64,000 nt of DNA. Origin: an uncultured Bacilli bacterium. GTDB lineage: Bacteria; Bacillota_I; Bacilli_A; RF39; UBA660. The stretch is taken from positions 630 through 64,629 of the forward strand of contig CAKONF010000003.1 in NCBI GenBank assembly GCA_934097015.1. Reading direction: 5' to 3'. Under the pieces are notes generated by a model. It ran no database searches and was not told where the DNA came from. It worked only from the letters and a program-made list of their open reading frames with translations. This document shows, piece by piece, positions 9,637 to 18,471 of this stretch (its first letter is position 1; every line of letters starts with the position of its first letter). Made by a program: the position numbers and the translations under genes.

Positions 9637-10356
9637 ATGAAACGTTTTTATAAAATAAGAAAAATTAGATTTAGAAATATATTTATGTATGTAATTATTA
9701 TGGTTATATTTATAGATATTGTTGTGTTTAATACATTGGGTAAGAAGTTAGGAGAGAGTGTATCTTTTTTAACTAAATTAAAATTGGATGAAATTACTAA
9801 GTATTATATGAATGATACTATAAAGAAATATTTGAATGTTGATAGTAATGATTATATTAAAGTTAATTTGGTTAATAATAATATTGTAAGTGTTGATATA
9901 GATAATGTTATGTGTAATAAATTATTAAATAACATTATTGTTGATTTGGAAAGTAATGTAAAGAATTTAGAAATGGGTAAGATTAGCAATTACCATAATT
10001 TAGAAATAATAAAGGGTGATAATGGTATTGTTATATTTATGCCAGTTGGTGTTAGTTTGGGAAATAGTTTATTTTCTGGATTAGGGCCTAAGATACCAGT
10101 AAAGGTAAGTTTTTTAGAAAATATTGATGCTTATGTTGATGTTGTAGTTGAAAATTATGGTATTAATAATTCTTTAATTAAATTATATATAAATATTGAT
10201 GTTGAAGAAGTTTTAGAGATGCCTACTAAGAATAGATTTAGTAATGTTAAATATAAGTTTTTAATTAGTAGCAAATTAATTAATGGAGAAGTTCCTAGTG
10301 TATTAGGTGGGACAATAAATAAAAGTAGTAGTGTAGTAAATAGTGATGTAAAGTAA
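9637..10356 (+). CDS. yunB: Sporulation protein YunB-like
   Basis: N-terminal TM helix, size and overall pattern resemble YunB. The neighbourhood with yutD and a nifU-like gene matches Bacillus. Confidence 0.6.
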   Translation: MKRFYKIRKIRFRNIFMYVIIMVIFIDIVVFNTLGKKLGESVSFLTKLKLDEITKYYMNDTIKKYLNVDSNDYIKVNLVNNNIVSVDIDNVMCNKLLNNIIVDLESNVKNLEMGKISNYHNLEIIKGDNGIVIFMPVGVSLGNSLFSGLGPKIPVKVSFLENIDAYVDVVVENYGINNSLIKLYINIDVEEVLEMPTKNRFSNVKYKFLISSKLINGEVPSVLGGTINKSSSVVNSDVK

Positions 10357-10420
10357 GTATTTTAATATAGAATATGAATTGTAAAAGTGATATACTTTTT
10401 ATAGTAGGTGGTGATTACTT

Positions 10421-11212
10421 ATGAATAATATTTTTATTAATGATAGTATTGATGCTGGTATAAGTAATTACTTACTTATAAAACAGGGTAAAGATTATGA
10501 TAAAGCGCATATATTTGAAACATATATTATTAGATGTTTATGTAAAATATATGGTGATATTAATATATTAAATCCTTATAGAATTAATAATATTAATAGT
10601 TTTAAAGCCAATTTGATTATGTATGGATTAAGTGAAAAAGAAATGAATGAATTTATTAATTTAATGGGAGATTATTCTAAGTGGTTAAATAGTGAAAAGA
10701 ATGTTGGTAAAACTGATATAACTAGTAAAATAGAGATTGTTTTAATTAATATGATTATATATAGAAATAAGATTATAAAGTTTACTGGTAATGAAATAGA
10801 GTTTTTTGATAAATATTTCGATCCTAAGAATAATAATTTTGCTACATTACATAATTTAATTACTAAAGATATTAATATAGTTCCTATGTATTGGAATAGA
10901 AAGAAAGTATTATTAAATAATAATATTAAATTTAAAAGAATTAGAAATGATTTATTAAGTAGTAGTGTATATGATAAATATGGTATAGATAAAGATGATA
11001 TGTCACGTATGAGTGAAGAGAAAGTTAGAAATATTAACAATCGTATTTTAGAAAGTGAAAAAGATACGGAGAAGAGAAATAAAAAGTTTATACCAAAAAA
11101 TGTTATAATTACTAGCGGTAATGGATTTGTTGATACTTTGATGTTACTTAGTATTATGACTACTGAAATTATGATTGGTATTATGATAGCATTACATGTT
11201 ATGAGAGGTTAG
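10421..11212 (+). CDS. Hypothetical protein with C-terminal TM helix
   Basis: 263-aa ORF with GGTGG upstream. No family recognised. Confidence 0.5.
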   Translation: MNNIFINDSIDAGISNYLLIKQGKDYDKAHIFETYIIRCLCKIYGDINILNPYRINNINSFKANLIMYGLSEKEMNEFINLMGDYSKWLNSEKNVGKTDITSKIEIVLINMIIYRNKIIKFTGNEIEFFDKYFDPKNNNFATLHNLITKDINIVPMYWNRKKVLLNNNIKFKRIRNDLLSSSVYDKYGIDKDDMSRMSEEKVRNINNRILESEKDTEKRNKKFIPKNVIITSGNGFVDTLMLLSIMTTEIMIGIMIALHVMRG

Positions 11213-11213
11213 T

Positions 11214-11483
11214 ATGGTTATAATTGATGATAAGAAATATGATTTAATTGAAAATTATAGAGATGCTTTTAATGAAGAGGAGTTTAAAGAATATTTTACT
11301 GATTATTTTTATAAGTATGATTATATTGTTGGAGATTATGCTTATAGTAAATTGAGGTTAAAAGGATTTTATGAAAATAATAAAAAAGAGGCTAAAGAAT
11401 TAAATAAAATTAAGAATAAAGATAAGTATATTGAAGAGAATTGCGCTTATCAATGTAAATATTTTGTTTTGAAAAAGATTTAG
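11214..11483 (+). CDS. yutD: YutD-like protein (DUF1027)
   Basis: YDLIENYRDAFNEEEFKEYFTDYFYKYDYIVGDYAYSKLRLKGFY matches the DUF1027 pattern. Confidence 0.7.
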   Translation: MVIIDDKKYDLIENYRDAFNEEEFKEYFTDYFYKYDYIVGDYAYSKLRLKGFYENNKKEAKELNKIKNKDKYIEENCAYQCKYFVLKKI

Positions 11484-11538
11484 TCTTTTTTTTTATAATG
11501 TTTTATGCTACAATTATTTTAGAATAAGAGGGATATCG

Positions 11539-12594
11539 ATGAATGTTAATATAGTTTTATCAAATGGTATGAATGAAAATGTAGATTTAATATGTTATTT
11601 TACTGGTAATAATGGTAAGAATTATTTATTTTATACGAAGAATGAAACAGTACAAGATGGTTTAATTAAAATGTATGTTGCTAGTGAAACTGGAAGTGTT
11701 AGTGATGATGAATGGACTCTTTTAAAGAAAGATATGCAACAAATTATTATGGGGACTAGTACGGTTAAATTTTTAAATTATTCTAATCCTATTAGGATTG
11801 GTGAGACTAGGGCAATTGCATTAAATAATACTAATATTAATGCGATAAAAAGTGCATATAATAAAAATACTGAGGTAAGTATTGGGACAAACAAAGATTT
11901 ATTAAGTCAAAGTTTTAATGAGATTCCTAAGAGTGATGTAGCTAAAGTAGAAAATGAACCTATTCAAATAAGTTCTATTCCTAATGTACAAAATAATTTT
12001 AATATGGAAGGTAGTCCAGTTAATTTAAATACTAATCCAGAACCTGTTGCTCCTGTTATTGATCCAATCCCTAAGGTTGAATCTATTACCCCAGTTTCTA
12101 CACCTGATATTCCTGTTGTTAATGGAACAGGACCTGCGTTAAATATTAACAGTGTCAAACAACCTGGTATAGAAAGTGGATTTAAAGTTTCAAATGAACC
12201 AAATATATTTGACCAACCTAGCACTCCATTTAATATAACAGAAGAAGATATAAATAAGCCATTAGATGTTCCTGGACAAAATAATAATGTATTTATGGGA
12301 AATAATGACAATGGAAATATATTTAATAATCCTGTTATTGAACCTATAAATAAAAATACTGAAAATAATGTTTCATCAACACAAAATATAAATACTAAAA
12401 GTAATAATAAAGTTGATGTTAACAAACAGATAGAATTAAATGAAAGAAAGATAAAGTTATTTACTGAACTTGCAAACATTTATAAAGAAGAAAATGATAT
12501 GTTAAAAAGCGAAAGTGAAGTAAATGATAATACTGCATCAGATTTGTTTAATAATAATGGAACATTAGATGATTTAAAAATATTACAAGGATAA
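11539..12594 (+). CDS. Hypothetical protein: DUF1292-like N-terminus plus a Pro/Asn-rich low-complexity C-terminal half
   Basis: 351-aa ORF. The N-terminus (NVDLICYF..GKNYLFYTKNE...DDEW) resembles DUF1292. The rest is low complexity. Confidence 0.5.
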   Translation: MNVNIVLSNGMNENVDLICYFTGNNGKNYLFYTKNETVQDGLIKMYVASETGSVSDDEWTLLKKDMQQIIMGTSTVKFLNYSNPIRIGETRAIALNNTNINAIKSAYNKNTEVSIGTNKDLLSQSFNEIPKSDVAKVENEPIQISSIPNVQNNFNMEGSPVNLNTNPEPVAPVIDPIPKVESITPVSTPDIPVVNGTGPALNINSVKQPGIESGFKVSNEPNIFDQPSTPFNITEEDINKPLDVPGQNNNVFMGNNDNGNIFNNPVIEPINKNTENNVSSTQNINTKSNNKVDVNKQIELNERKIKLFTELANIYKEENDMLKSESEVNDNTASDLFNNNGTLDDLKILQG

Positions 12595-12640
12595 CTAAGT
12601 ATAATGCTTAGTTTTTTTCATATAATTTATTAGTGATAAT

Positions 12641-13531
12641 ATGAAAAATGTTATATATAATTATTATGATATATTAGTTGATGAATTAAATAAAAGTGAT
12701 AATAATTATTTTTTCTATTTTAATAATGATCTTTTTTTGTTTTATTTAGTATTAAATGATATTAGTTTAGTAGAAAATATTTACAAGTATGTAATAGAAA
12801 ATAATATAGAAAGTTTTAATATTGTATTAAATAAAGAAGGTAATTTATTTGCTGATGTAGATAAAAAAAAGTATGTTTTATTAAAAGTAAAGGGTATATT
12901 AAAATATGAAGTAAAGTTTGATGAGTTTAAATATTATCCAGTTAATTTAAATGGTGTTAATTGGGGTAATTTATGGGGAGAAAGACTTGATTATTATGAA
13001 GTACAGATTAGAGAACTTGGTATAAAGTATCAGACTGTTTTAAATTCTTTTGGTATGTTTAGTGGCCTTGCTGAAAATGCAATATTATATTTTAATATGA
13101 CGATGGAAAAATTTAATGATATGGATAGTAGTGTTGGTATTGTTCATAATAGAGTAAAGTATCCATGTTATTTAATAGATTATTATAATCCAGTTAATTA
13201 TGTAATAGATTATAGTATTAGAGATATAGCAGAGTATATTAAATCTTATGTTGTTAGTGATGATTTTGATATAGATAATGTTGTTGTGTTAATTAATAGA
13301 ATGAATTTGAATGATTTAATGTTTAATTTGTTATATGCTAGACTTCTTTATCCTACATTTTATTTTGATATATTTGATAAAGTTATATTAGAAGATGGTA
13401 AGGATAGTGATGTTGTTCCTATTTTAAATAAAGTTGATAGTTATTTAAGTATGTTAAAAAATTTATATCAAAAATTTAATAATGAATATCACATGTTTAG
13501 AATAGAGTGGTTAGATAAAATAAAAATGTAG
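12641..13531 (+). CDS. CotS/YutH-like spore-coat kinase-fold protein (catalytic motif apparently degenerate)
   Basis: Size, context and a VHNR...VIDYSIRDIAEYI segment occupy the place of the HGD..N / IDFD..D motifs of CotS-family kinases. Confidence 0.4.
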   Translation: MKNVIYNYYDILVDELNKSDNNYFFYFNNDLFLFYLVLNDISLVENIYKYVIENNIESFNIVLNKEGNLFADVDKKKYVLLKVKGILKYEVKFDEFKYYPVNLNGVNWGNLWGERLDYYEVQIRELGIKYQTVLNSFGMFSGLAENAILYFNMTMEKFNDMDSSVGIVHNRVKYPCYLIDYYNPVNYVIDYSIRDIAEYIKSYVVSDDFDIDNVVVLINRMNLNDLMFNLLYARLLYPTFYFDIFDKVILEDGKDSDVVPILNKVDSYLSMLKNLYQKFNNEYHMFRIEWLDKIKM

Positions 13532-13532
13532 A

Positions 13533-13784
13533 TTAAATTTCTACATTTATTACTCCTTTACAAGAAGGAATCTTTTCTTTTATTAGTTCATATACGTTAT
13601 CGTTTAAAGTATAATCTTGATATCCACAATGGCTACAAGCACCAAATAATTTTACATATACATAATCATCTTCATATTTAATAAATTCTATATCTCCTCC
13701 ATCTGAATTTAAGAAGGGCTTAAGGTCATTTATAACTTCGTTTATTAATTCTATGTCTTTATTATTAGTTTCTGTTTCTTTCAT
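13533..13784 (-). CDS. NifU-like (Nfu/YutI-type) Fe-S cluster carrier domain protein
   Basis: LNSDGGDIEFI....VKLFGACSHCGY pattern in 83 aa. Confidence 0.85.
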   Translation of the reverse strand: MKETETNNKDIELINEVINDLKPFLNSDGGDIEFIKYEDDYVYVKLFGACSHCGYQDYTLNDNVYELIKEKIPSCKGVINVEI

Positions 13785-13867
13785 ATTTATTCACCAGAGT
13801 ATATTATATCTAAAATATTTTACTTAGTAAATAAAATTTGATATAATAATGGGCGAGAGGTGCAATA

Positions 13868-14212
13868 ATGGAAGACTTTGAAGTTGGAAGTATTGTAAAA
13901 GGAGAGGTGACTGGAATTGAACCTTATGGTATTTTTGTTAAAGTAGGGAATACTGATGGTTTAATTCATATCAGTGAAATTGCTAATAATTATGTATCAA
14001 ATATAACTAAATATGTTAGTATTGGTGAAAGAATTTTTATGAAAGTAATTGATTATGATAAAGAAAAAAATAGATTAAGTTTATCTATTAAAGGTTTAAA
14101 TTATAAGGAATTTTATAAGAATAGAAAAGTTAAGGAATCTGTAAGAGGGTTTTCTCCTTTACAAGAAAATTTAGAAAAATGGATGGATGATATTTTAAAA
14201 GAAATTCATTAA
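13868..14212 (+). CDS. S1 RNA-binding domain protein (YugI/GSP13-like)
   Basis: GSIVKGEVTGIEPYGIFVKV....GLIHISEI S1 motif in 114 aa. Confidence 0.85.
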   Translation: MEDFEVGSIVKGEVTGIEPYGIFVKVGNTDGLIHISEIANNYVSNITKYVSIGERIFMKVIDYDKEKNRLSLSIKGLNYKEFYKNRKVKESVRGFSPLQENLEKWMDDILKEIH

Positions 14213-14214
14213 AA

Positions 14215-14245
14215 AATATAGTTATAGGGACAGCTATATTTTTTT
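14215..14245 (+). terminator. Intrinsic terminator
   Basis: AATATAG / CTATATT hairpin followed by TTTTT, right after the stop codon. Confidence 0.6.
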
Positions 14246-14337
14246 GATGTAAATGTTATAATTGCAGTTATGTATCAAGATGTAAAATAATTATATATGA
14301 TAAAAACACTAAATGGTAGTGTTTTGATATTTTTAAA

Positions 14338-14413
<76 letters not shown>

Positions 14414-14422
14414 AATAAAAAA

Positions 14423-14499
14423 TGGCGGTCCGTACGGGATTCGAACCCGTGATCTTCTGCGTGACAGGCAGACGTCATAGGCCTCTAGACTAACGGACC
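14423..14499 (-). tRNA. tRNA-Asp (GTC)
   Basis: The reverse complement is GGTCCGTTAGTCTAGAGG...CCTGTCACG...GGTTCGAATCCCGTACGGACCGCCA. Confidence 0.95.
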
Positions 14500-14501
14500 A
14501 T

Positions 14502-14578
14502 TGGTTGCGGGAGTAGGATTTGAACCTACGACCTCTGGGTTATGAGCCCAGCGAGCTACCGAACTGCTCCATCCCGCG
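14502..14578 (-). tRNA. tRNA-Met (CAT), initiator type
   Basis: The reverse complement starts CGCGGGATGGAGCAG. The anticodon stem has GGG/CCC flanking CTCATAA, and the 3' end is CCGCAACCA. Confidence 0.9.
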
Positions 14579-14596
14579 ATAAGTATAAAATTTAAT

Positions 14597-14687
14597 TGGC
14601 GGAGAAAGAGGGATTCGAACCCCCGCGCCGTTGCCGACCTCCTGGTTTTCAAGACCAGTCCCTTCAACCGGACTTGGGTATTTCTCC
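14597..14687 (-). tRNA. tRNA-Ser (TGA)
   Basis: 91 nt with a long variable arm. The reverse complement is GGAGAAATACCCAAGTCCGG...CTTGAAAAC...GGTTCGAATCCCTCTTTCTCCGCCA. Confidence 0.95.
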
Positions 14688-14711
14688 ATTTGTTCTTCAA
14701 GGAACAAGTTG

Positions 14712-14741
14712 ATTATAGCATATAAAAATAAAATTAGTCAA
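14712..14741 (-). promoter_or_regulatory. Sigma-A type promoter for the minus-strand tRNA cluster
   Basis: On the minus strand: TTGACT, 18-nt spacer, TGcTATAAT (extended -10), about 25 nt upstream of tRNA-Ser. Confidence 0.6.
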
Positions 14742-14830
14742 CAAATTTTAGAAAAAAACATAAAAAAAGTGTAATTTTTTATAAAATTTTAATTTTTTTG
14801 CTATTTTTTAAAAAAAAGTGAAAAAAAGTG

Positions 14831-14859
14831 TTGATTTAAATTAAATTTTGGGTTATACT
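14831..14859 (+). promoter_or_regulatory. Sigma-A type promoter for the plus-strand tRNA cluster
   Basis: TTGATT, 17-nt spacer, TATACT, preceded by an A-rich UP-like region. Confidence 0.6.
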
Positions 14860-14896
14860 CAAATAGTCTTAATTAATTAAGACGCCGAGTGGTGTT

Positions 14897-14985
14897 GCCC
14901 AAGTGGCGGAACAGGTAGACGCACAGGACTTAAAATCCTGCGAGATTTAACCCTCGTGCCGGTTCAAGTCCGGCCTTGGGCACCA
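14897..14985 (+). tRNA. tRNA-Leu (TAA)
   Basis: GCCCAAGTGGCGGAACAGGTAGACGC...CTTAAAA..., long variable arm, GGTTCAAGTCCGGCCTTGGGCACCA. Confidence 0.95.
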
Positions 14986-15008
14986 TTTATTTGTTTAAAA
15001 TATCTCTC

Positions 15009-15085
15009 GGGCGATTAGCTCAGTTGGTTAGAGCACCTGCCTTACAAGCAGGGGGTCATAGGTTCGAGTCCTATATCGCCCACCA
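15009..15085 (+). tRNA. tRNA-Val (TAC)
   Basis: GGGCGATTAGCTCAGTTGGTTAGAGC...CTTACAA...GGTTCGAGTCCTATATCGCCCACCA. Confidence 0.95.
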
Positions 15086-15095
15086 TTTATTTTTT

Positions 15096-15171
<76 letters not shown>

Positions 15172-15178
15172 TTTTTTT

Positions 15179-15262
15179 GGAGGGATAGCGAAGTGGTCAA
15201 ACGCGGCAGACTGTAAATCTGTTCCTTCGGGTTCCATGGTTCAAATCCATGTCCCTCCACCA
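15179..15262 (+). tRNA. tRNA-Tyr (GTA)
   Basis: GGAGGGATAGCGAAGTGGTCAAACGC...CTGTAAA..., variable arm, GGTTCAAATCCATGTCCCTCCACCA. Confidence 0.95.
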
Positions 15263-15270
15263 CTTTAGAT

Positions 15271-15346
15271 TGCCTCGTAGCCAAGTGGTAAGGCATCAGA
15301 CTTTGACTCTGACATTCCGGTGGTTCGAACCCACCCGAGGCAGCCA
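15271..15346 (+). tRNA. tRNA-Gln (TTG)
   Basis: TGCCTCGTAGCCAAGTGGTAAGGC...CTTTGAC...GGTTCGAACCCACCCGAGGCAGCCA. Confidence 0.95.
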
Positions 15347-15363
15347 TCTTAATTATAATATTC

Positions 15364-15439
15364 GTCTCGTTAGCTCAGTTGGTAGAGCATTTGACTTTTA
15401 ATCAAAGGGTCATGCGTTCAAGTCGCATACGAGACACCA
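15364..15439 (+). tRNA. tRNA-Lys (TTT)
   Basis: GTCTCGTTAGCTCAGTTGGTAGAGC...CTTTTAA...GCGTTCAAGTCGCATACGAGACACCA. Confidence 0.95.
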
Positions 15440-15515
15440 CTTTGTTTATTAACTCCTATTTTGTAGGAGTTTTTAATTGTATAAATTTTTTTAAACACTT
15501 TTTAAACACGTTTTA

Positions 15516-15544
15516 TTGACAAGTGTATCAAATACACATATAAT
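15516..15544 (+). promoter_or_regulatory. Consensus sigma-A promoter with a palindromic operator in the spacer
   Basis: TTGACA (15516-15521), 17-nt spacer containing GTGTAT-caa-ATACAC (15523-15537), then TATAAT (15539-15544). It lies 20 nt upstream of the nrtR-like ATG. Confidence 0.75.
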
Positions 15545-15563
15545 TATATTGGAGGTAGAAGTA

Positions 15564-16211
15564 ATGCAAAAAAATAATCCTTTATATAAAAATCAAGGTA
15601 TTCATTTAATTAGTTCAATATTTACTGTTGATAAAGGTGTTGTTAAAGTTTTACTTATAAGACGAAACAATGAGCCTTATAAAGATAAATGGGCTTTAGT
15701 TGGTGGAGCTTTATATAATAATGAGACTGTTCTTGATGGTATGAAAAGAGAAATAAAAGAAAAAACAGGAATAAATGCTATTGAATTATATTATTCAAAT
15801 ATGTATAGTAAAGTTGATAGATCGCCAATTATGAGAATGGTTGGATTAAGTTATATAGGTTTTCTTGATATTGAAAAAGTAAATCTTTTAAAAGAAACTG
15901 ATAAAACAAATGATTCTGATTGGTTTCCTATAAATAACATACCAGAACTTGCTTATGATCATAATGAAATATTAAATGATTCTATTTTAAAATTAAGAGA
16001 ATTAATATATGATTCTGATATATTAAAATCTTTATTTCCTAATACATTAACACTTCCAGAATTACAAAGTGTTTATGAAACTATATTAGACAAAAAAATA
16101 GACAGAAGAAATTTTAGAAAAAAATTAATAAATGATGGAGTAATTGTTGATATAAATAACGAAAAAAATTATATTGGTAAAAAACCAGCTAAACTTTATA
16201 AGTTTAGATAA
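15564..16211 (+). CDS. nrtR: NrtR-type regulator: NUDIX domain plus C-terminal winged-helix domain
   Basis: NUDIX box GGALYNNETVLDGMKREIKEKTG and a C-terminal LPELQSVYETILDKKIDRRNFRKKL...GKKPAKLYKF typical of NrtR. GGAGG lies upstream of the ATG at 15564. The ORF-track start at 15516 falls inside the promoter. Confidence 0.75.
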   Translation: MQKNNPLYKNQGIHLISSIFTVDKGVVKVLLIRRNNEPYKDKWALVGGALYNNETVLDGMKREIKEKTGINAIELYYSNMYSKVDRSPIMRMVGLSYIGFLDIEKVNLLKETDKTNDSDWFPINNIPELAYDHNEILNDSILKLRELIYDSDILKSLFPNTLTLPELQSVYETILDKKIDRRNFRKKLINDGVIVDINNEKNYIGKKPAKLYKFR

Positions 16212-16227
16212 TTTTTTAAAATAACAA

Positions 16228-16242
16228 GTGTATTAAATACAC
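16228..16242 (+). promoter_or_regulatory. Second copy of the palindromic operator box
   Basis: GTGTATTAAATACAC is a perfect 15-bp palindrome. The 25-nt context ACAAGTGTATtAAATACACATATA differs at one position from the box at 15520-15544. It lies just upstream of the RBS of the next gene. Confidence 0.65.
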
Positions 16243-16256
16243 ATATAGGAGGAAAT

Positions 16257-16811
16257 ATGATTTATTTGATGAGACATGGTTTAGATGATGAAAATTTTAT
16301 TGGCGGATGGAGTGATATTGATTTAACCAGTGATGGTAAAAAGCAAATAATTGAAAGTACTGATTTTATAATAAAAAATAAATTATCAATAAAAAAAATT
16401 ATCTCAAGTGATGTAAAACGTGCTGTTACTACTACTAATATTGTTAATAAAAAACTAAAAGTTCCAATATTTTATAGTAATAAAATAAGAGAATTGGATA
16501 AAGGTATTTATACTGGATTATTAAAAAACACTTTGACTGAAAAAGATATTTCTTTTATAAAGAATTTAACAATATATGATAAATATCCTGAAGGTGAATC
16601 AATGTTAGAATTATATAAAAGAATGAAATTGTTTTTAAGTACGTTAAAAGAGGATGATGTTCTTTTGATAACACACCGTGGTGTTATTAATATGTTTTAT
16701 TATATTTTAAATGATATTTTTGTTGATATGGATAAAGAAAAATTTTGTGTTGAACATGGTTCAATACACGAAATGAATATTGATAAAAAACTTATAAGGA
16801 GGATATATTAA
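16257..16811 (+). CDS. Histidine phosphatase (phosphoglycerate mutase-like) family protein
   Basis: N-terminal LMRHG motif and a downstream ITHRGVI His motif, 184 aa. Confidence 0.75.
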   Translation: MIYLMRHGLDDENFIGGWSDIDLTSDGKKQIIESTDFIIKNKLSIKKIISSDVKRAVTTTNIVNKKLKVPIFYSNKIRELDKGIYTGLLKNTLTEKDISFIKNLTIYDKYPEGESMLELYKRMKLFLSTLKEDDVLLITHRGVINMFYYILNDIFVDMDKEKFCVEHGSIHEMNIDKKLIRRIY

Positions 16812-17431
16812 TGATTAAAAAAATTGTTTTAACTGGAGGACCATCTGCTGGAAAAAGTAGTAGTTTAGAATTTATACATAAATATTATAGTGAATTAGGT
16901 TATAAAGTTTACATAGTAAGTGAGACGGCAACTGATTTGATGAATAGTGGTATTATACCAAATCAAAATAATTTAAGTGTGGTAGAATTTCAAGAAATTA
17001 TATTTAAATATCAATTGTTTAAAGAAAATTTGGTTTTGAATATTGTTAATAACAATAACTTTTTAAACAATATAATTATATTTGATAGGGGAGTAGTTGA
17101 TAATAAAGCTTTTATAAATGATGAAGAATTTGAGATGATATTAAAAAAATATAATTATATTGAAAATGAGTTGCTATCCAGATATGATTTGGTTATTCAT
17201 TTAGAAACTGGTGCTAAGTCTAATTATTATAGAACTGATAATAATTCTTGTAGAAGAGAAAGTGTTGATTTAGCAATAAAATTAGATAATCTTATTTATA
17301 AAGCATGGTATAATCATAATAATTTAGTAAAAATTAAATGTTATGATAATTTCTATGATAAACAAAATGAAATAATTATTGCAATTAATAAAGAAATAAA
17401 TAATAAAAAATTAGAAAGAGTGATGTTATGA
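16811..17431 (+). CDS. P-loop ATPase/kinase, AAA_28 (NadR ribosylnicotinamide-kinase-like) family
   Basis: Walker A VLTGGPSAGKSS and a hydrophobic strand-D (IFDRG) Walker B-like motif. The size and layout resemble the NadR kinase domain. Confidence 0.5.
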   Translation: MIKKIVLTGGPSAGKSSSLEFIHKYYSELGYKVYIVSETATDLMNSGIIPNQNNLSVVEFQEIIFKYQLFKENLVLNIVNNNNFLNNIIIFDRGVVDNKAFINDEEFEMILKKYNYIENELLSRYDLVIHLETGAKSNYYRTDNNSCRRESVDLAIKLDNLIYKAWYNHNNLVKIKCYDNFYDKQNEIIIAINKEINNKKLERVML

Positions 17432-18099
17432 ATATATTTATAGAAGACAAAAATAGTTTTTTTAAATATGAAGTAATTATTGATAGGGAAGGATTAGAAG
17501 AGTTAAAATATAAAATCATTGATGAATATAGTATTATTGAACATATAGAAAAAGATGATACTTTTGGTTTTCGTGATTTAAGTATTTATGCTTATTTGAG
17601 AAGAAGAAATTATAGTGAAATAAAGATAGGTGTTAGAGAATATAATGATTTTTATAGCATACCAGAAACTTTATATCATTATTCTTATGATTATTATCAT
17701 TTTCCATATTTGATAGAATTGATAGATGAAATATTAGAAGATAAAATTGATTGTTTAAGTGATATATATAATATTGATTATGATAAAGAATTTGTACCCT
17801 TAGATAAAAGAGTTGAAAAATTAAATAATGAAATTAATAGTTTAAATAATAGTGATTATAAAAAAATAGATAAACTAAATGAATTAAAAAATCTTTTAGA
17901 ACAGATAAAATTAAATAAAAATCAAAAAAATGTATATAAAGCTTATGAATTGGTTAGAAAATACATTAAATTTAGATTAGTTGATAGTATAGATAAAAGT
18001 CAGGTAAAAAATGTTGTTTCTTTCTTTCAAATTAATTATATTTTAAAAGTTGTTAGTGATAAAAAAGTTTTACAATATATAAAAAAATCTAGTATTTAA
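17428..18099 (+). CDS. Hypothetical protein
   Basis: 223-aa ORF overlapping the previous stop by 4 nt (coupled). No family recognised. Confidence 0.5.
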   Translation: MNIFIEDKNSFFKYEVIIDREGLEELKYKIIDEYSIIEHIEKDDTFGFRDLSIYAYLRRRNYSEIKIGVREYNDFYSIPETLYHYSYDYYHFPYLIELIDEILEDKIDCLSDIYNIDYDKEFVPLDKRVEKLNNEINSLNNSDYKKIDKLNELKNLLEQIKLNKNQKNVYKAYELVRKYIKFRLVDSIDKSQVKNVVSFFQINYILKVVSDKKVLQYIKKSSI

Positions 18100-18111
18100 C
18101 TAGAATAAACT

Positions 18112-18414
18112 TCAATCAACTTTTTTAATATCTATTATATCTTTTATATTTATTAATTTGTTATCAATAGTAATTAAGTTATTGTTTGTTTTGCCAATTA
18201 AAGTACATATTATTTCTTTATCTTTTAAAGTAATATTAACTTTAATTTTATAGATATAATCATTTGATTTAAATATATTATCTATTTTTTTATTAAGTTC
18301 ATATTTAGATGGTTTTTCTAATGGAGTATTATCATTTTTAATAGTAATATATTCTTCATTGTTATCAATCTTTTTATTAAAAGTATTTGTAAATAAATCT
18401 GGTAATTTTTTCAT
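18112..18414 (-). CDS. Hypothetical small protein
   Basis: 100-aa ORF filling the gap between flanking genes. No family recognised. Confidence 0.4.
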   Translation of the reverse strand: MKKLPDLFTNTFNKKIDNNEEYITIKNDNTPLEKPSKYELNKKIDNIFKSNDYIYKIKVNITLKDKEIICTLIGKTNNNLITIDNKLINIKDIIDIKKVD

Positions 18415-18471
18415 ATATTCACCCTAATAATATATATGAATAATTTTAAATAATATTTACAAAATATTAAT

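Noticed and set aside
14485-14700. 71-aa minus-strand ORF.
   Set aside because: It lies entirely over the tRNA-Met and tRNA-Ser genes, so it is an artefact of the G+C-rich tRNA sequence.
15516-15563. ORF-track start (TTG at 15516) for the NrtR-like gene.
   Set aside because: That TTG is the first base of a consensus -35 hexamer (TTGACA) and the following codons cover the operator and the -10 box. The ATG at 15564 has a GGAGG RBS.
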